From Lachnospiraceae bacterium (GTDB lineage Bacteria > Bacillota > Clostridia > Lachnospirales > Lachnospiraceae), in the NCBI GenBank assembly GCA_017428265.1, contig JAFRRD010000027.1:19209-83208 (forward strand): DNA of 64,000 nt, read 5' to 3'. The notes below the pieces were generated by a model. The model was not told where the DNA came from and made no database searches. It saw nothing but the letters and a program-made list of their open reading frames with translations. How positions within the stretch are numbered: position 1 is the first letter of the stretch; every line of letters begins with the position of its first letter. Of this stretch, positions 15,992 through 25,307 are shown in pieces. The position numbers were made by a program, and so were the translations under genes.

Positions 15992-16771
15992 ATGTTCTGG
16001 CTTCACGGTGAAGATCTTCCGGCGGACGTCGGAAACGAACGTTTCTGCGCGATGCACCTTGCGTACATCGCGGTCTTTCTTATTGCCACGGTCCTTTATG
16101 CCCTTTTTTACCGGAAACTGGACGAAAAGCAGCGCAGGACCGCGGAGCGGATCACCGGCTCCCTCGTCTTCTTTTTCGGCTTCTGCGAATACTTCATCAC
16201 CTTCCTCGTCGGCCGCTTCACCATCTACACCCTGCCGATCCACGTCTGCAGCCTCATGTACATGCTGGTCCCCCTCCACGCCTGGACGAATACCGCCCGT
16301 CCCGGTTCCTTCGGCGCGAAGCTTCACGCCTTCCTCGGCGCCGTCATCTTCCACCCGGGCATTCTCGGCGCCTGGGCCGCCCTGCTCTTCCCGGACTGGC
16401 TCTACTACCCTTTCTGGAACTACCTCAGCATCTGCGGTTTCATGGGCCACGGCATGGTCTCCGTCTACGGAGCTTCGGTCCTCCTGCGGAACGCGGAAGC
16501 GCCGGAACCGAAAAAACTGATCCTGCGCGACTTCGCGCGCTCGGCCGCCTTCCTCCTTTCCGGCATACTCGTCATGTACTTCTTTGACCGCGCAACAGAT
16601 ACCAATTACTGGTTCATGGCAGGGCCCGGCAACGATTCGCCGCTGACCTTTGCCTATGAGGCCGGCGGCTACGGCGGCTATCTGCTCACCTTCATCGGGG
16701 TCGGGACCGCCGTTACCTTCCTCTGGTACGGTCTCCGGTACCTCTTCCTCCTGCGGCGCAAGCACAAGTGA
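15992..16771 (+). CDS. polytopic membrane protein, YwaF/TIGR02206-like
   Basis: 259 aa with 7-8 TM helices and an LPIHVCSL motif. It is distantly similar to the island protein at 44638-45459 (FQLCTTPV). The family call is from memory. Confidence 0.45.
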   Translation: MFWLHGEDLPADVGNERFCAMHLAYIAVFLIATVLYALFYRKLDEKQRRTAERITGSLVFFFGFCEYFITFLVGRFTIYTLPIHVCSLMYMLVPLHAWTNTARPGSFGAKLHAFLGAVIFHPGILGAWAALLFPDWLYYPFWNYLSICGFMGHGMVSVYGASVLLRNAEAPEPKKLILRDFARSAAFLLSGILVMYFFDRATDTNYWFMAGPGNDSPLTFAYEAGGYGGYLLTFIGVGTAVTFLWYGLRYLFLLRRKHK

Positions 16772-16886
16772 CCTGCTTAGCCGGTCAACGGAACACTATC
16801 CCGCCATGCTCCGGCAGGTTTTTTTATTCTTTTTTTCGTTTTTATTTCCGATTTTTTTCTTTTTCATTGCCCGCGGCGCGGGTTTG

Positions 16887-16895
16887 TGCTATAGT
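16887..16895 (+). promoter_or_regulatory. extended -10 promoter element (TGcTATAGT)
   Basis: TTTGTGCTATAGT lies 50 nt upstream of the ATG at 16945. Confidence 0.35.
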
Positions 16896-16944
16896 CTCCC
16901 TGTGGCACCGCAGCGAAACAGCGGCGCCGGGAAGAGGTACTCAG

Positions 16945-17856
16945 ATGTTCGGAAGACGGCCTGACGGAAGACGCGTCAAAAATCTCGATCCTGTTGTCAG
17001 GATCACGAGCTACGTGATGCCCCAGCGCTGCGACGCACAGATCTTTCTCCGGCACAGGACGGATATGGAACTGCTCGCCGACTATATCCACCGGCAGGCG
17101 GACAAGGGCGAAAAGCTCAGCTACATGACGATCCTGATCGCCGCCTACGTGCGTGCCATCAGCCAGAATCCCACCGTCAACCGCTTCATCATGAACAAAC
17201 AGATCTTCGCGCGGAACAACTGCACCGTTTCCTTCAACATCCTGAAGGATCCGTACCATATCGATAAGGGGGAGTTGATCTGCAAGACCAAATTCGACCT
17301 GAGCGATACCGTTTATGACGTCCGCGACCGGATCGAAGCAGGGATCGAATCCCTGCGCGGCGCGAGCGCGGAGGAAGGCTTTCTGGAGAAGCTCCTGAAC
17401 GTCGGCTTCGCGGTCCCCGGCCTTGCCACCTTCCTGGTGGGACTGATCCGCCTGCTCGACCGCTACGGCCTGTGCCCCGGCGCTCTGCTTGACGAGCTGC
17501 CCTTCCACGTGAGCATGTACGTGACCAACGTTGCCTCCATCCGGCTCCACGAAGTGAACCACCACATTTACAACTTCGGCAGCGTCGGCCTTTTCTTCAG
17601 CCTGGGTACCGCGGAGCGCGTCGCCGTTGAGGAGGACGGTGCCTTCCGCATGAAGCGATTCCTGCCCATCGGCATCACAGCCGATGAGCGTATCTGCTCC
17701 GGCGCGCACTACGCGCACTTCTTCTCCGACATGCGCCGCTACATGCTGCATCCGGAGCTCCTCGAGCAGCCGCCGGAAAAGATCCTCTATGACGAAGGCC
17801 TGGAGTACCACGTGCCTAAGGTGAAGAAAACCGAAAAAACAGCGGAAACCGAATAA
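16945..17856 (+). CDS. 2-oxoacid dehydrogenase E2 catalytic-domain-like (CAT-fold) acyltransferase homologue
   Basis: Started at MFGRRPDGRRVKNLDP after the GGAAGAGG RBS. It has a CAT-like fold, but the usual DHRxxDG motif reads DERICSG here. Confidence 0.55.
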   Translation: MFGRRPDGRRVKNLDPVVRITSYVMPQRCDAQIFLRHRTDMELLADYIHRQADKGEKLSYMTILIAAYVRAISQNPTVNRFIMNKQIFARNNCTVSFNILKDPYHIDKGELICKTKFDLSDTVYDVRDRIEAGIESLRGASAEEGFLEKLLNVGFAVPGLATFLVGLIRLLDRYGLCPGALLDELPFHVSMYVTNVASIRLHEVNHHIYNFGSVGLFFSLGTAERVAVEEDGAFRMKRFLPIGITADERICSGAHYAHFFSDMRRYMLHPELLEQPPEKILYDEGLEYHVPKVKKTEKTAETE

Positions 17857-17915
17857 ATCAAGCCGCAGCGCACGGGGAAACACACCGTCCTGAAAAATGC
17901 GCCGCCGGCACAAAG

Positions 17916-17949
17916 AAAGACCGTACCCGATGGTCAGGGTACGGTCTTT
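17916..17949. terminator. bidirectional terminator hairpin
   Basis: AAAGACCGTACCC-8 nt-GGGTACGGTCTTT sits between convergent genes. Confidence 0.7.
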
Positions 17950-17997
17950 TCTTTCGCTTTTGCATCCCGGACGAGTCCGGTCTTTCGCATCAGCCGC

Positions 17998-19803
17998 TTA
18001 TTTCCTGCCTTCCTTCTTCCCGGACTTGCCGATCAGGACGCCGCCGAGTACACCGGCTGTAACAGCCATGACACCGAGCGCGATCCACAGGCCCGTGTTG
18101 CCGCCGCTTTCCTTCTGCGGTGCCTGGGTAGGAGCGGGCTCCGTCGGCGCAGGCTGCGTCGGGGCTTCCGTCGGAGCCTCTGTAGGGGCTTCGGTGGGAG
18201 CCTCCGTAGGGGCTTCGGTGGGTGCCTCAGTCGGAGGCTCGGTCGGGGCTTCCGTCGGAGCCTCTGTAGGGGCTTCCGTCGGAGCTTCAGTCGGGGCTTC
18301 CGTCGGGGCCTCCGTCGGCGCTTCCGTCGGAGCCGGCTCGAGTTTCGGGATCACCTCCGTCTCCTTATGCGACGGATTGTTGTAGCAGTGCCGTTCCTTC
18401 AGACCCTCTTCCGTCTCCGTGGCCGCCTTCACGACTGTCCATGCCGACCATTTGTGACCGTATGCCTTCGTGATCAGACTGTTGTGGTTCGAAATGAGAC
18501 TCTTGCCCGCGGTGTCCCAGTACCAGTTTCCGCAGCGTTCACATTCGACGTGCCATTTCACGCCGTCGACCGTGCAGGTCACCGTCTTCGCATTGACGGT
18601 CTTCATCTTGTGACCGAGCGCTTTGACGGTCGCATCCGCGTGGTTGCTGATCAGCTTTGTTGCGGCCGCATCCCAGTACCAGGCGCCGCAGGAGCATTCA
18701 TAGTGTTCCTTATTGCCGGCCGCCGTGCAGGTCGCTTCCTTCGCCGCCACTTTCTTCAGGCTGTGTATGTGCACCGGACCCATATTGAAGACGATCTTCG
18801 AATACACACCGGACTCAGCATAGCTGTAGATCGTACTGACAGGGATCTCCAGGGTGTAGGAGCCGAATACGTTCCGGCCGGGCAGGACGGCGATCTGCTC
18901 CGTGCGTCGTGGACCCTCGTAGCGCTCTATCGTAACGTCTTCCATTTCGAGATCCCAGGTCCCATCCTTATCCAGGTCGATGTAGGTATACGTAACGTAA
19001 CCCTTCTCATTCTTGTTAAAGTAGTTTACCTGTCTGTCCACCTCTGATTTGACCAGGCCGCGGTCGCACGCCAGCTGCATGGTCTCTATCACGTCATCGT
19101 CGCACAGGACCTCGTTCTTTTCTCCCGCCGCATTATGGTTCTTGCTGCCCAGATTCTTGTTATGCATCGCCGCCTCGACGGTAACGTTCTGCGCCGGCAT
19201 ATAGAAAGTGTTCTCGGCTAATTTGAAATACCGATTCGCCGGCTCGACGGTCTCGATCTTCAGATTACTCGGCGTTGTCTTATAGACAAACACATACTGG
19301 CTGGGCGGGATATTGCCTATCTGGACCTGTTCCCCCGCATAAAAGCTCGTGGTTTCCGCCCCTCCCCCTAAACGGTATGACACGCAATTCACTGCGGTGA
19401 CCGTATATTTGGTGCCTTTCGGGGCGACGGTCACCTTAAACGTCGGCGAGGTTGCTGTCTTTCCTGTGTTCGATTTCGCGGTGATGCTGAAACTGTATGT
19501 GCCCGCCTTTGTCGGTTCGCCCTCCATAAAGATCCAATTATCCAACTCGTACGGATCTTTATAGATTTCGAAGCCCATGCCGGGCGGAACCGAACCGCTC
19601 GTCGTAAAACTGCTCAGTTTACAGTTGTAGCAGAAGAACGAAATAACGATCTGGTCGTTGTAATACTTCTGCCCCACGGTCAAGTCGCGCACATTGTCAG
19701 CGTCATATTCGATGTTGGATTCCGCCGCCTGCGCCTTCCGGCCGAAGCCGGCTGCCAGAATGATGGCTGCGAAGAGTACCAGCCATATTGTCCGCTTTTT
19801 CAT
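17998..19803 (-). CDS. secreted, C-terminally membrane-anchored surface protein with Ig-like region, Cys-rich triple module and (APTE)n linker
   Basis: 601 aa. It has a signal peptide (MKKRTIWLVLFAAIILAAGFGRKAQA), three CxxxGxK..YxCxxCGxWYWD-type modules, a 75-aa Pro/Thr/Glu/Ala repeat, and a final TM helix with a KKEGRK tail. Confidence 0.75.
   Translation of the reverse strand: MKKRTIWLVLFAAIILAAGFGRKAQAAESNIEYDADNVRDLTVGQKYYNDQIVISFFCYNCKLSSFTTSGSVPPGMGFEIYKDPYELDNWIFMEGEPTKAGTYSFSITAKSNTGKTATSPTFKVTVAPKGTKYTVTAVNCVSYRLGGGAETTSFYAGEQVQIGNIPPSQYVFVYKTTPSNLKIETVEPANRYFKLAENTFYMPAQNVTVEAAMHNKNLGSKNHNAAGEKNEVLCDDDVIETMQLACDRGLVKSEVDRQVNYFNKNEKGYVTYTYIDLDKDGTWDLEMEDVTIERYEGPRRTEQIAVLPGRNVFGSYTLEIPVSTIYSYAESGVYSKIVFNMGPVHIHSLKKVAAKEATCTAAGNKEHYECSCGAWYWDAAATKLISNHADATVKALGHKMKTVNAKTVTCTVDGVKWHVECERCGNWYWDTAGKSLISNHNSLITKAYGHKWSAWTVVKAATETEEGLKERHCYNNPSHKETEVIPKLEPAPTEAPTEAPTEAPTEAPTEAPTEAPTEAPTEPPTEAPTEAPTEAPTEAPTEAPTEAPTQPAPTEPAPTQAPQKESGGNTGLWIALGVMAVTAGVLGGVLIGKSGKKEGRK
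18115..18339 (-). repeat. 12-nt periodic coding tandem repeat encoding (APTE)n
   Basis: GCTTCCGTCGGAGCCTCTGTAGGG-type units encode about 14 APTE/PPTE units plus degenerate ends. Confidence 0.9.
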
Positions 19804-19857
19804 ATTACCCTCCTGTCTGTTGCGTATTGATCTCTCCGATGCTGTCTGCCGGAGCTT

Positions 19858-21627
19858 TTATTTCTTTTCCTTCTTCCCGGAATTTCCGAGCAGGATACCG
19901 CCGAGCAGGCCGGCAATGACGGCCAAAATGCCGAGCACGATCCACAGGACCGTATTCCCGCCGCCGCTTTCCTTCTGCGGGGCCTCGGTCGGGGCCGGCT
20001 GGGTCGGGGCTTCGGTCGGCGCGAGCTGGGTCGAGGCCTCGGTCGGAGCCGCAGTCGTCGGCGCTTCCGTCGGGGCTTCCGTGGTCAGCGGCTCGGTGGG
20101 TGCTTCGGTCGGAGGCTCGGTGGGCGCTTCGGTGGGTGCCTCAGTCGGGGCCTCGGTCGGCGCCTCTGTCGGGGCCGGCGCGAGTTTCGGGATCACTTCC
20201 TGTTCTTTATGCGACGCATTGTTGTAGCAGTGCCGTTCCTTCAGACCTTCTTCGGTCTCAGTAGCCGGCTTTACTATCGTCCAGTTGGACCATTTGTGGC
20301 CGTACGCTTTCGTAATCAGCTTGCTGTGGTCCGCAATGAGGTTTTTGCCCTCGACGTTCCAGTACCAGTTTCCGCATCTCTCGCATTCCACATGCCAGCT
20401 CACGCCGTCGGACGTACAGGTCGCGGCCTTCGCCGTGACGACCTTCATCTTGTGGCCGAGCGCCTTGACGGTCACGTCCGCGTGATTGCTGATCGTTTTC
20501 GTGCCGGCGGCATCCCAGAACCAGGTGCCGCAGGAGCATTTATAGTATTCCTTATTGCCGGCCGCCGTGCAGGTCGCATCCTTCGCCGCCACCTGCTTCG
20601 GGCTGTGCTTGTGGTCCGCTTTGCCCATGTCGAAGACGATCTTCGAATAGAGGCCGGTATCGGAATTCTTGTTGATTTTGGTGACCGGGATCTCCAGCGT
20701 ATACGTCCCGAACACGCTCCGGCCGGGCAGAACGGAGATCGCCTGAGCGTAAGAGGAGGTTGCGGACCAGCGTTCTCCGTGCGCCTTTGTTATTTCGAGA
20801 TCCGGTATTCCATCCTTATCCAGGTCAACATAGTAATATCGGAAAACACCATGATTATACGCATTCGCATCATCGCCTTCATGGTCCCAAAACGAATTGG
20901 CCAGACCGCAGTCTACCGCAAATTCCACGGACGCAATCAGAAGATCATCGCAGAGGATGCCCGTATCTTTTGCGGCGGCATTGTGGTGGATCGTTCCCAG
21001 ATTTTTGATCTTATTCACCGGGTAGACCGTCACATCCTCCGCCGGCATGTAGAAGCTGTTCACCGGGATCCCGTAGATCCTCTCACCCGGATAGCCCGTC
21101 GGGATGGTCTGTTTCGGCGTGGAAACGTAATGGTCCACAAACAGATCCGAGCTGATATTCGGCACCAGGGTGACCAGTTCGCCGGGCAGAAACACACCGG
21201 CTAAACTGCCGTTCTCATGAAACGGCTGGCAGTAGGTCGTCTTCACCTTATAGCCGATGTTGTGCGGTGAGATCCTGACGGTGCGCATCAGCGCATTCGC
21301 ATTCTTCCCGTTGTCCGCTATCCCGGTGATCCCGAAACTGAACTCGCCGGCCTCCGTCGGCGTGCCCTTCAGAACGATCCGGCTCCGGTTCGTCTCTACA
21401 TAAGCATCTACACCGGGCGGCAGCGTGCCGGTCACGACACAGTCGTCCAAGTCGCAATTGTAGCAATAATAGACGGCCATTGCTTCATAGTACAGCCCGA
21501 CCGTCCCGTCATGCAGATTGTCGGTGTCGTAAATGATATTGCTCGTCGCCGCCTGTGCCTTCCGGCCGAAACAGGCTGCCAGAATGATGACTGCGAAGAG
21601 CAGCAGCCATTTTGTCCGCTTCTTCAT
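19858..21627 (-). CDS. paralogous surface protein (mosaic: divergent N-terminal half, conserved C-terminal half)
   Basis: Started at MKKRTKWLLLFAVIILAA after the AGGAGG RBS. The C-terminal architecture matches 17998-19803. Confidence 0.75.
   Translation of the reverse strand: MKKRTKWLLLFAVIILAACFGRKAQAATSNIIYDTDNLHDGTVGLYYEAMAVYYCYNCDLDDCVVTGTLPPGVDAYVETNRSRIVLKGTPTEAGEFSFGITGIADNGKNANALMRTVRISPHNIGYKVKTTYCQPFHENGSLAGVFLPGELVTLVPNISSDLFVDHYVSTPKQTIPTGYPGERIYGIPVNSFYMPAEDVTVYPVNKIKNLGTIHHNAAAKDTGILCDDLLIASVEFAVDCGLANSFWDHEGDDANAYNHGVFRYYYVDLDKDGIPDLEITKAHGERWSATSSYAQAISVLPGRSVFGTYTLEIPVTKINKNSDTGLYSKIVFDMGKADHKHSPKQVAAKDATCTAAGNKEYYKCSCGTWFWDAAGTKTISNHADVTVKALGHKMKVVTAKAATCTSDGVSWHVECERCGNWYWNVEGKNLIADHSKLITKAYGHKWSNWTIVKPATETEEGLKERHCYNNASHKEQEVIPKLAPAPTEAPTEAPTEAPTEAPTEPPTEAPTEPLTTEAPTEAPTTAAPTEASTQLAPTEAPTQPAPTEAPQKESGGGNTVLWIVLGILAVIAGLLGGILLGNSGKKEKK
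19975..20181 (-). repeat. coding tandem repeat encoding degenerate (APTE)n
   Basis: A 69-aa Ala/Pro/Thr/Glu stretch, more degenerate than in the downstream paralogue. Confidence 0.85.
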
Positions 21628-21678
21628 GATCCCCTCCTGCAACGATGATTCTGTTCTGCCGCAGATTATTTATATGTC

Positions 21679-22509
21679 TTACAGTTCCGCCTCGTATTCG
21701 CTGACGTTCAGCACGGTCTCGCCGTCGATCTGCGCCGCGCAGGGGCGGGAGAACTTCACGTGGATCTTGTTGCCGGTGATGACTGTCACCCGGTCCGTCA
21801 TCTCCACATGCTTGCCTTCGAAGATCTTCGGGAACGCCATCAGGGTCTTCAGCCTGGACTTTCCGCAGTAGATCATCACGGTCAGCTTGTCGGAGAAGCG
21901 GTCCTGGCCGGGCGCCAGCATCATGCCGCCGCCGCAGTAACGGCCCTTCATGGCCGGGGCAAGCCAGATGTTGTCGAAATGACGGGTCACGCCGTCGACC
22001 GTCACGTCCGCGCTGCCGGGCTTGAAATCGTAGAGCACGCCCTTGATCGCAATCGAAGTATAGTTGATCTTCTTGCCGGGCGCTTTGGCCTTGATCTTAT
22101 CCGCGACCTCGCAGCAGTAGCCGTCGATCCCGTAGCTCATGTTGTTGATGTACTTCCACTCTTTGCCGTTCACGCGCGCGACCGGCAGGTTCTTCAGATA
22201 CTTATTCAGCAGGATCTCCTTGCCGGGCTTCTCGCCGATATCGTTCAGGAAATCGTTGCCGCTGCCGTTCCCGAGCAGATAGACGTTGTTTTTCAGGTTC
22301 TCGCAGTCGACGTGGTTGATCAGGTAGTTGATCGTGCCGTCGCCGCCGACCATCACCACCTCATCCTCGGGGGCGAGCTTCCCGAAGAACTCCGCATAGT
22401 CGAGCTTCGTCGCGTCGATCGGTTCCGCGCCGGTCTTTTTCAGTTCCTCGAGGGGCACACCGGGCAGGATCCCGTTGTTGGCCAGCGGATTGTACAGATA
22501 GTATTTCAT
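21679..22509 (-). CDS. diacylglycerol-kinase-family lipid kinase (YegS/DagK-like)
   Basis: 276 aa with a VMVGGDGTINY motif and an overall DAGK catalytic-domain pattern. Confidence 0.8.
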   Translation of the reverse strand: MKYYLYNPLANNGILPGVPLEELKKTGAEPIDATKLDYAEFFGKLAPEDEVVMVGGDGTINYLINHVDCENLKNNVYLLGNGSGNDFLNDIGEKPGKEILLNKYLKNLPVARVNGKEWKYINNMSYGIDGYCCEVADKIKAKAPGKKINYTSIAIKGVLYDFKPGSADVTVDGVTRHFDNIWLAPAMKGRYCGGGMMLAPGQDRFSDKLTVMIYCGKSRLKTLMAFPKIFEGKHVEMTDRVTVITGNKIHVKFSRPCAAQIDGETVLNVSEYEAEL

Positions 22510-22526
22510 ACAGGACCTCCTTGTAT

Positions 22527-23186
22527 TTATCTCATGATCAGGCCTAAGATGATCAGGAATTCACCGAGCGAATAGGTCAGCATGACCAAAAAATGCGTCT
22601 TCAGGCGGCTCTCCTTGTTGAAGCGCACGAAGAAGAGCGACGAGTCGGAAATGAAGAACAGCAGGGCGCCGACCGCGGTAATGATGCCGGCAGCCCTTCC
22701 CACCGTGGCGGCCCGGAACCACGCAAAGCAGTTCATCGCGCCGTTTAAAAGCAGATACAGCAGCATCGGCCAGAACAGCATTTTCGGCAGATGCGGCCGC
22801 AGATATTTGAAAATGATGAGCGACGCCGCGGCAAAGACGGCGGGAAACAGGATGAGCAGCCATTTCGGAAGCGCCGCGAAATCGGTATCCTGCACGTAGC
22901 TCAGGATGAAGAAGGCGTGGCTCACCATGAAGGCGATGCCGCCGGCGACGAACCATTTCGTCCCCTTCGGGATCAGCAGGATGTCGCCGAGCCAGGAGAA
23001 AAAGAGCGCCAGGATAACGCTGAGGATGACCGGGTTCGCCGCGCCGAGATAAAAGCCCATAAGCCCAAGCAGGATGAACGGCTTCGTCTTGTTCCGGGCC
23101 GCCTTGTTCTGTTTTAAGGATGCGTTCAAATGGACCGCCGTCGCGAGGACGAACAGGCCCAGCATCGGATATTGTAAGATCTGCAT
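22527..23186 (-). CDS. YhhN-family lysoplasmalogenase-like membrane protein
   Basis: Started at MQILQYPMLG after the GAAGGAG RBS. It is a polytopic protein with SWLGDILL and SHAFFILSY YhhN-type segments. Confidence 0.7.
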   Translation of the reverse strand: MQILQYPMLGLFVLATAVHLNASLKQNKAARNKTKPFILLGLMGFYLGAANPVILSVILALFFSWLGDILLIPKGTKWFVAGGIAFMVSHAFFILSYVQDTDFAALPKWLLILFPAVFAAASLIIFKYLRPHLPKMLFWPMLLYLLLNGAMNCFAWFRAATVGRAAGIITAVGALLFFISDSSLFFVRFNKESRLKTHFLVMLTYSLGEFLIILGLIMR

Positions 23187-23205
23187 ACGAACTCCTTCTG
23201 CGCTT

Positions 23206-23214
23206 ATCATAGCA
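23206..23214 (-). promoter_or_regulatory. extended -10 promoter element (TGcTATGAT)
   Basis: Minus strand reads CGTGCTATGAT about 20 nt upstream of the ATG at 23186. Confidence 0.4.
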
Positions 23215-23302
23215 CGACACCTATGGATTGGCAACGAAAAGGAAGGAAGAGCCGCAAAAAAAGGACCCGCGAAGGTCCTTTTGCTCAGGCTTCAGAGGGG
23301 GA

Positions 23303-23884
23303 TCAGACATCCGTTTCTTCCCGAAGCATTTCCCTGATCCGTACGAGAAGACGCGCCGTAAAGCCCCAGATCCCGTAAGGGCCGTACTCCCAGTAGAAGG
23401 TCGTGCGCTTCTTCCTGTTTTCATAATTTTTCAAATACTGTCTCAGTTTTAAAGGCAGGTCTTCGTCTGCCGGGCCGCCGATCTCAAAGACCGTCGGCGG
23501 GTGCGCCATCAGCCAGGCCAACGGCAGCGTAAACACCCCGGCAACTTCCTCCTTTCTCAGCTTCAGGCTGTCCGGCTCAAAGGGGTCGATATCCGCCAGC
23601 ACCGGATAGACGAGCATGTCCCGGATATGCCGCTCCGGTTCCATTTCCTTCCGTACCCGAACGGATGAAGCGGGGATCCCGAGTTCTTCATAGGTCTCCC
23701 GGATCGCCGCTTCAACGCCGCTCTCGCCTTCCTCAATATGGCCGCCCGGGAAGCAGACCTCGCCCGGCTGCCAGACGTTCATCGACCGGACCTCCAGCAG
23801 GATCGCCGGCCCGTCCTTTTCCCGGACGATCGGAATGAGGACGGCCGCGCGGCGCGGCAGGTTTTCATTATTCTCTGAATGCAT
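23303..23884 (-). CDS. NUDIX hydrolase, CoA-pyrophosphatase-like
   Basis: Nudix box GGHIEEGESGVEAAIRETYEELGI in a 193-aa protein. Confidence 0.8.
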   Translation of the reverse strand: MHSENNENLPRRAAVLIPIVREKDGPAILLEVRSMNVWQPGEVCFPGGHIEEGESGVEAAIRETYEELGIPASSVRVRKEMEPERHIRDMLVYPVLADIDPFEPDSLKLRKEEVAGVFTLPLAWLMAHPPTVFEIGGPADEDLPLKLRQYLKNYENRKKRTTFYWEYGPYGIWGFTARLLVRIREMLREETDV

Positions 23885-23963
23885 CGTTCCTCCTTCGCCG
23901 GCCTTGTCTTCCCGGCTGTGATGATCATGACGAAACGGCGGTTTTTTCAGTCGTGTCCGGAAT

Positions 23964-25244
23964 TCACTTCTGCCGGTCGGCGGCGATGATGCAGAACACG
24001 CTCGCGACGGAGATCCCGACGCCGATGAGCAGGACCGGCAGGTAGGAATACCAGGCCTCGTACATCAGGCTGACGACGGTGATGGCGCCGGAAGAGGCCA
24101 TCGTAAGCAGCATGGTGATCTTCGGATAAACGCGGCGGTACACCGCAGGCGCATACAGATGCCGCGCCAGCATCGGGACGCACATCGAGCAGAGCGGCAT
24201 ACAGATACCGGCGAGAACAGAAGCCGGATAGAGCAGGAAATTACCGGCGCCGACGATCATTCCGGTGAAACCGAGCCCCATCGTGATCGCCGACAAAATG
24301 AGTGTTTTCGGCGTCCCGATGCGGTCGTTCAGCGCGCCGATCCCGAACTTGCTGGCGATATTGCCCGCCATCGCACAGGAAACGAGCGCGGCGCCGATGG
24401 CGGGCGTCAGACCGATCGTTACGGCATATTTGGCAAAGTGCTGGTTGTAGGCATTCGTGATCGATGCCAGAACGGTGAACAGCAGGACCCAGACGAGGAC
24501 GCGCTTATCACGGGCGGAAACGGGAGCGTTTTCATCGGGGGCCTGTTCTGCGGGAGTCTCCTCTTTGTCTTTTTCCGCAGCGATCTCCCCTGCCGGAGCT
24601 TCCTCTCCCTCGCCGAGGCGCATAAGGCCCACGTCCTCCGGCTGCCGGCTGCGGATAAGCAGCACAGCCGGCATCGCCAGTGCGAAGGCGAGAAGGCCCT
24701 GGGCCCGGTAGCCTGTCCGCCAGCCCGCCGATTCGATCACGGCAGCAAGCAGCGGATTGATCACGACGCCCGCAAGCCCCGAGAAGGCTGCAGAGAGCCC
24801 CATCGCCATGCCGTAATGCTTTTTAAACCAGTTGCTGATCAGAAAGGGAGAGATAAAGAATATCAGAAGCGAGCCGCCGGCGCCCTGCAGAAAACCGAGG
24901 GTCCAGAAGGCCGGCAGCGTGGAAACGGAGCCCATGAGCGCCGTCATGCCGCAGAACAGGGTGACCGCCGCCGTCAGCGCGATCCGCGGGTGCACCCGGT
25001 TGAAGAAGCGGACGGAAAAGGGCATACAGAGAAAACTCCCGATCCCATGGAAGAGGGAGTAAAGGGTAAAGGCCGAGATCTCCAGCCCCAGGTCATTGCA
25101 GACGGCGTTGTAAAACACGCCGCGTCCGTTCTGAACCACCCCTAAAATAGCGCTCTGCATCAGACAGCAGGCCGCCAGGATCACCCAGGCATAATGAAAG
25201 CGGGACTTCGCCGCATTTTTCGTTTCGTTCACGCAGGACCTCAA
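23964..25244 (-). CDS. MFS transporter
   Basis: 426 aa with 12 predicted TM segments and a central charged loop. Confidence 0.8.
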   Translation of the reverse strand: MRSCVNETKNAAKSRFHYAWVILAACCLMQSAILGVVQNGRGVFYNAVCNDLGLEISAFTLYSLFHGIGSFLCMPFSVRFFNRVHPRIALTAAVTLFCGMTALMGSVSTLPAFWTLGFLQGAGGSLLIFFISPFLISNWFKKHYGMAMGLSAAFSGLAGVVINPLLAAVIESAGWRTGYRAQGLLAFALAMPAVLLIRSRQPEDVGLMRLGEGEEAPAGEIAAEKDKEETPAEQAPDENAPVSARDKRVLVWVLLFTVLASITNAYNQHFAKYAVTIGLTPAIGAALVSCAMAGNIASKFGIGALNDRIGTPKTLILSAITMGLGFTGMIVGAGNFLLYPASVLAGICMPLCSMCVPMLARHLYAPAVYRRVYPKITMLLTMASSGAITVVSLMYEAWYSYLPVLLIGVGISVASVFCIIAADRQK

Positions 25245-25307
25245 CTTCCGCCCGGAAACAGCTGCTTCCGGTTTTTTCCAGAGCTCAATGATCTCCCGGA
25301 TCCCGCG

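Noticed and set aside
18115-20181. The periodic short repeats might have been a CRISPR array.
   Set aside because: The period is 12 nt with no spacers. They lie inside ORFs encoding (APTE)n, and no cas genes are present.
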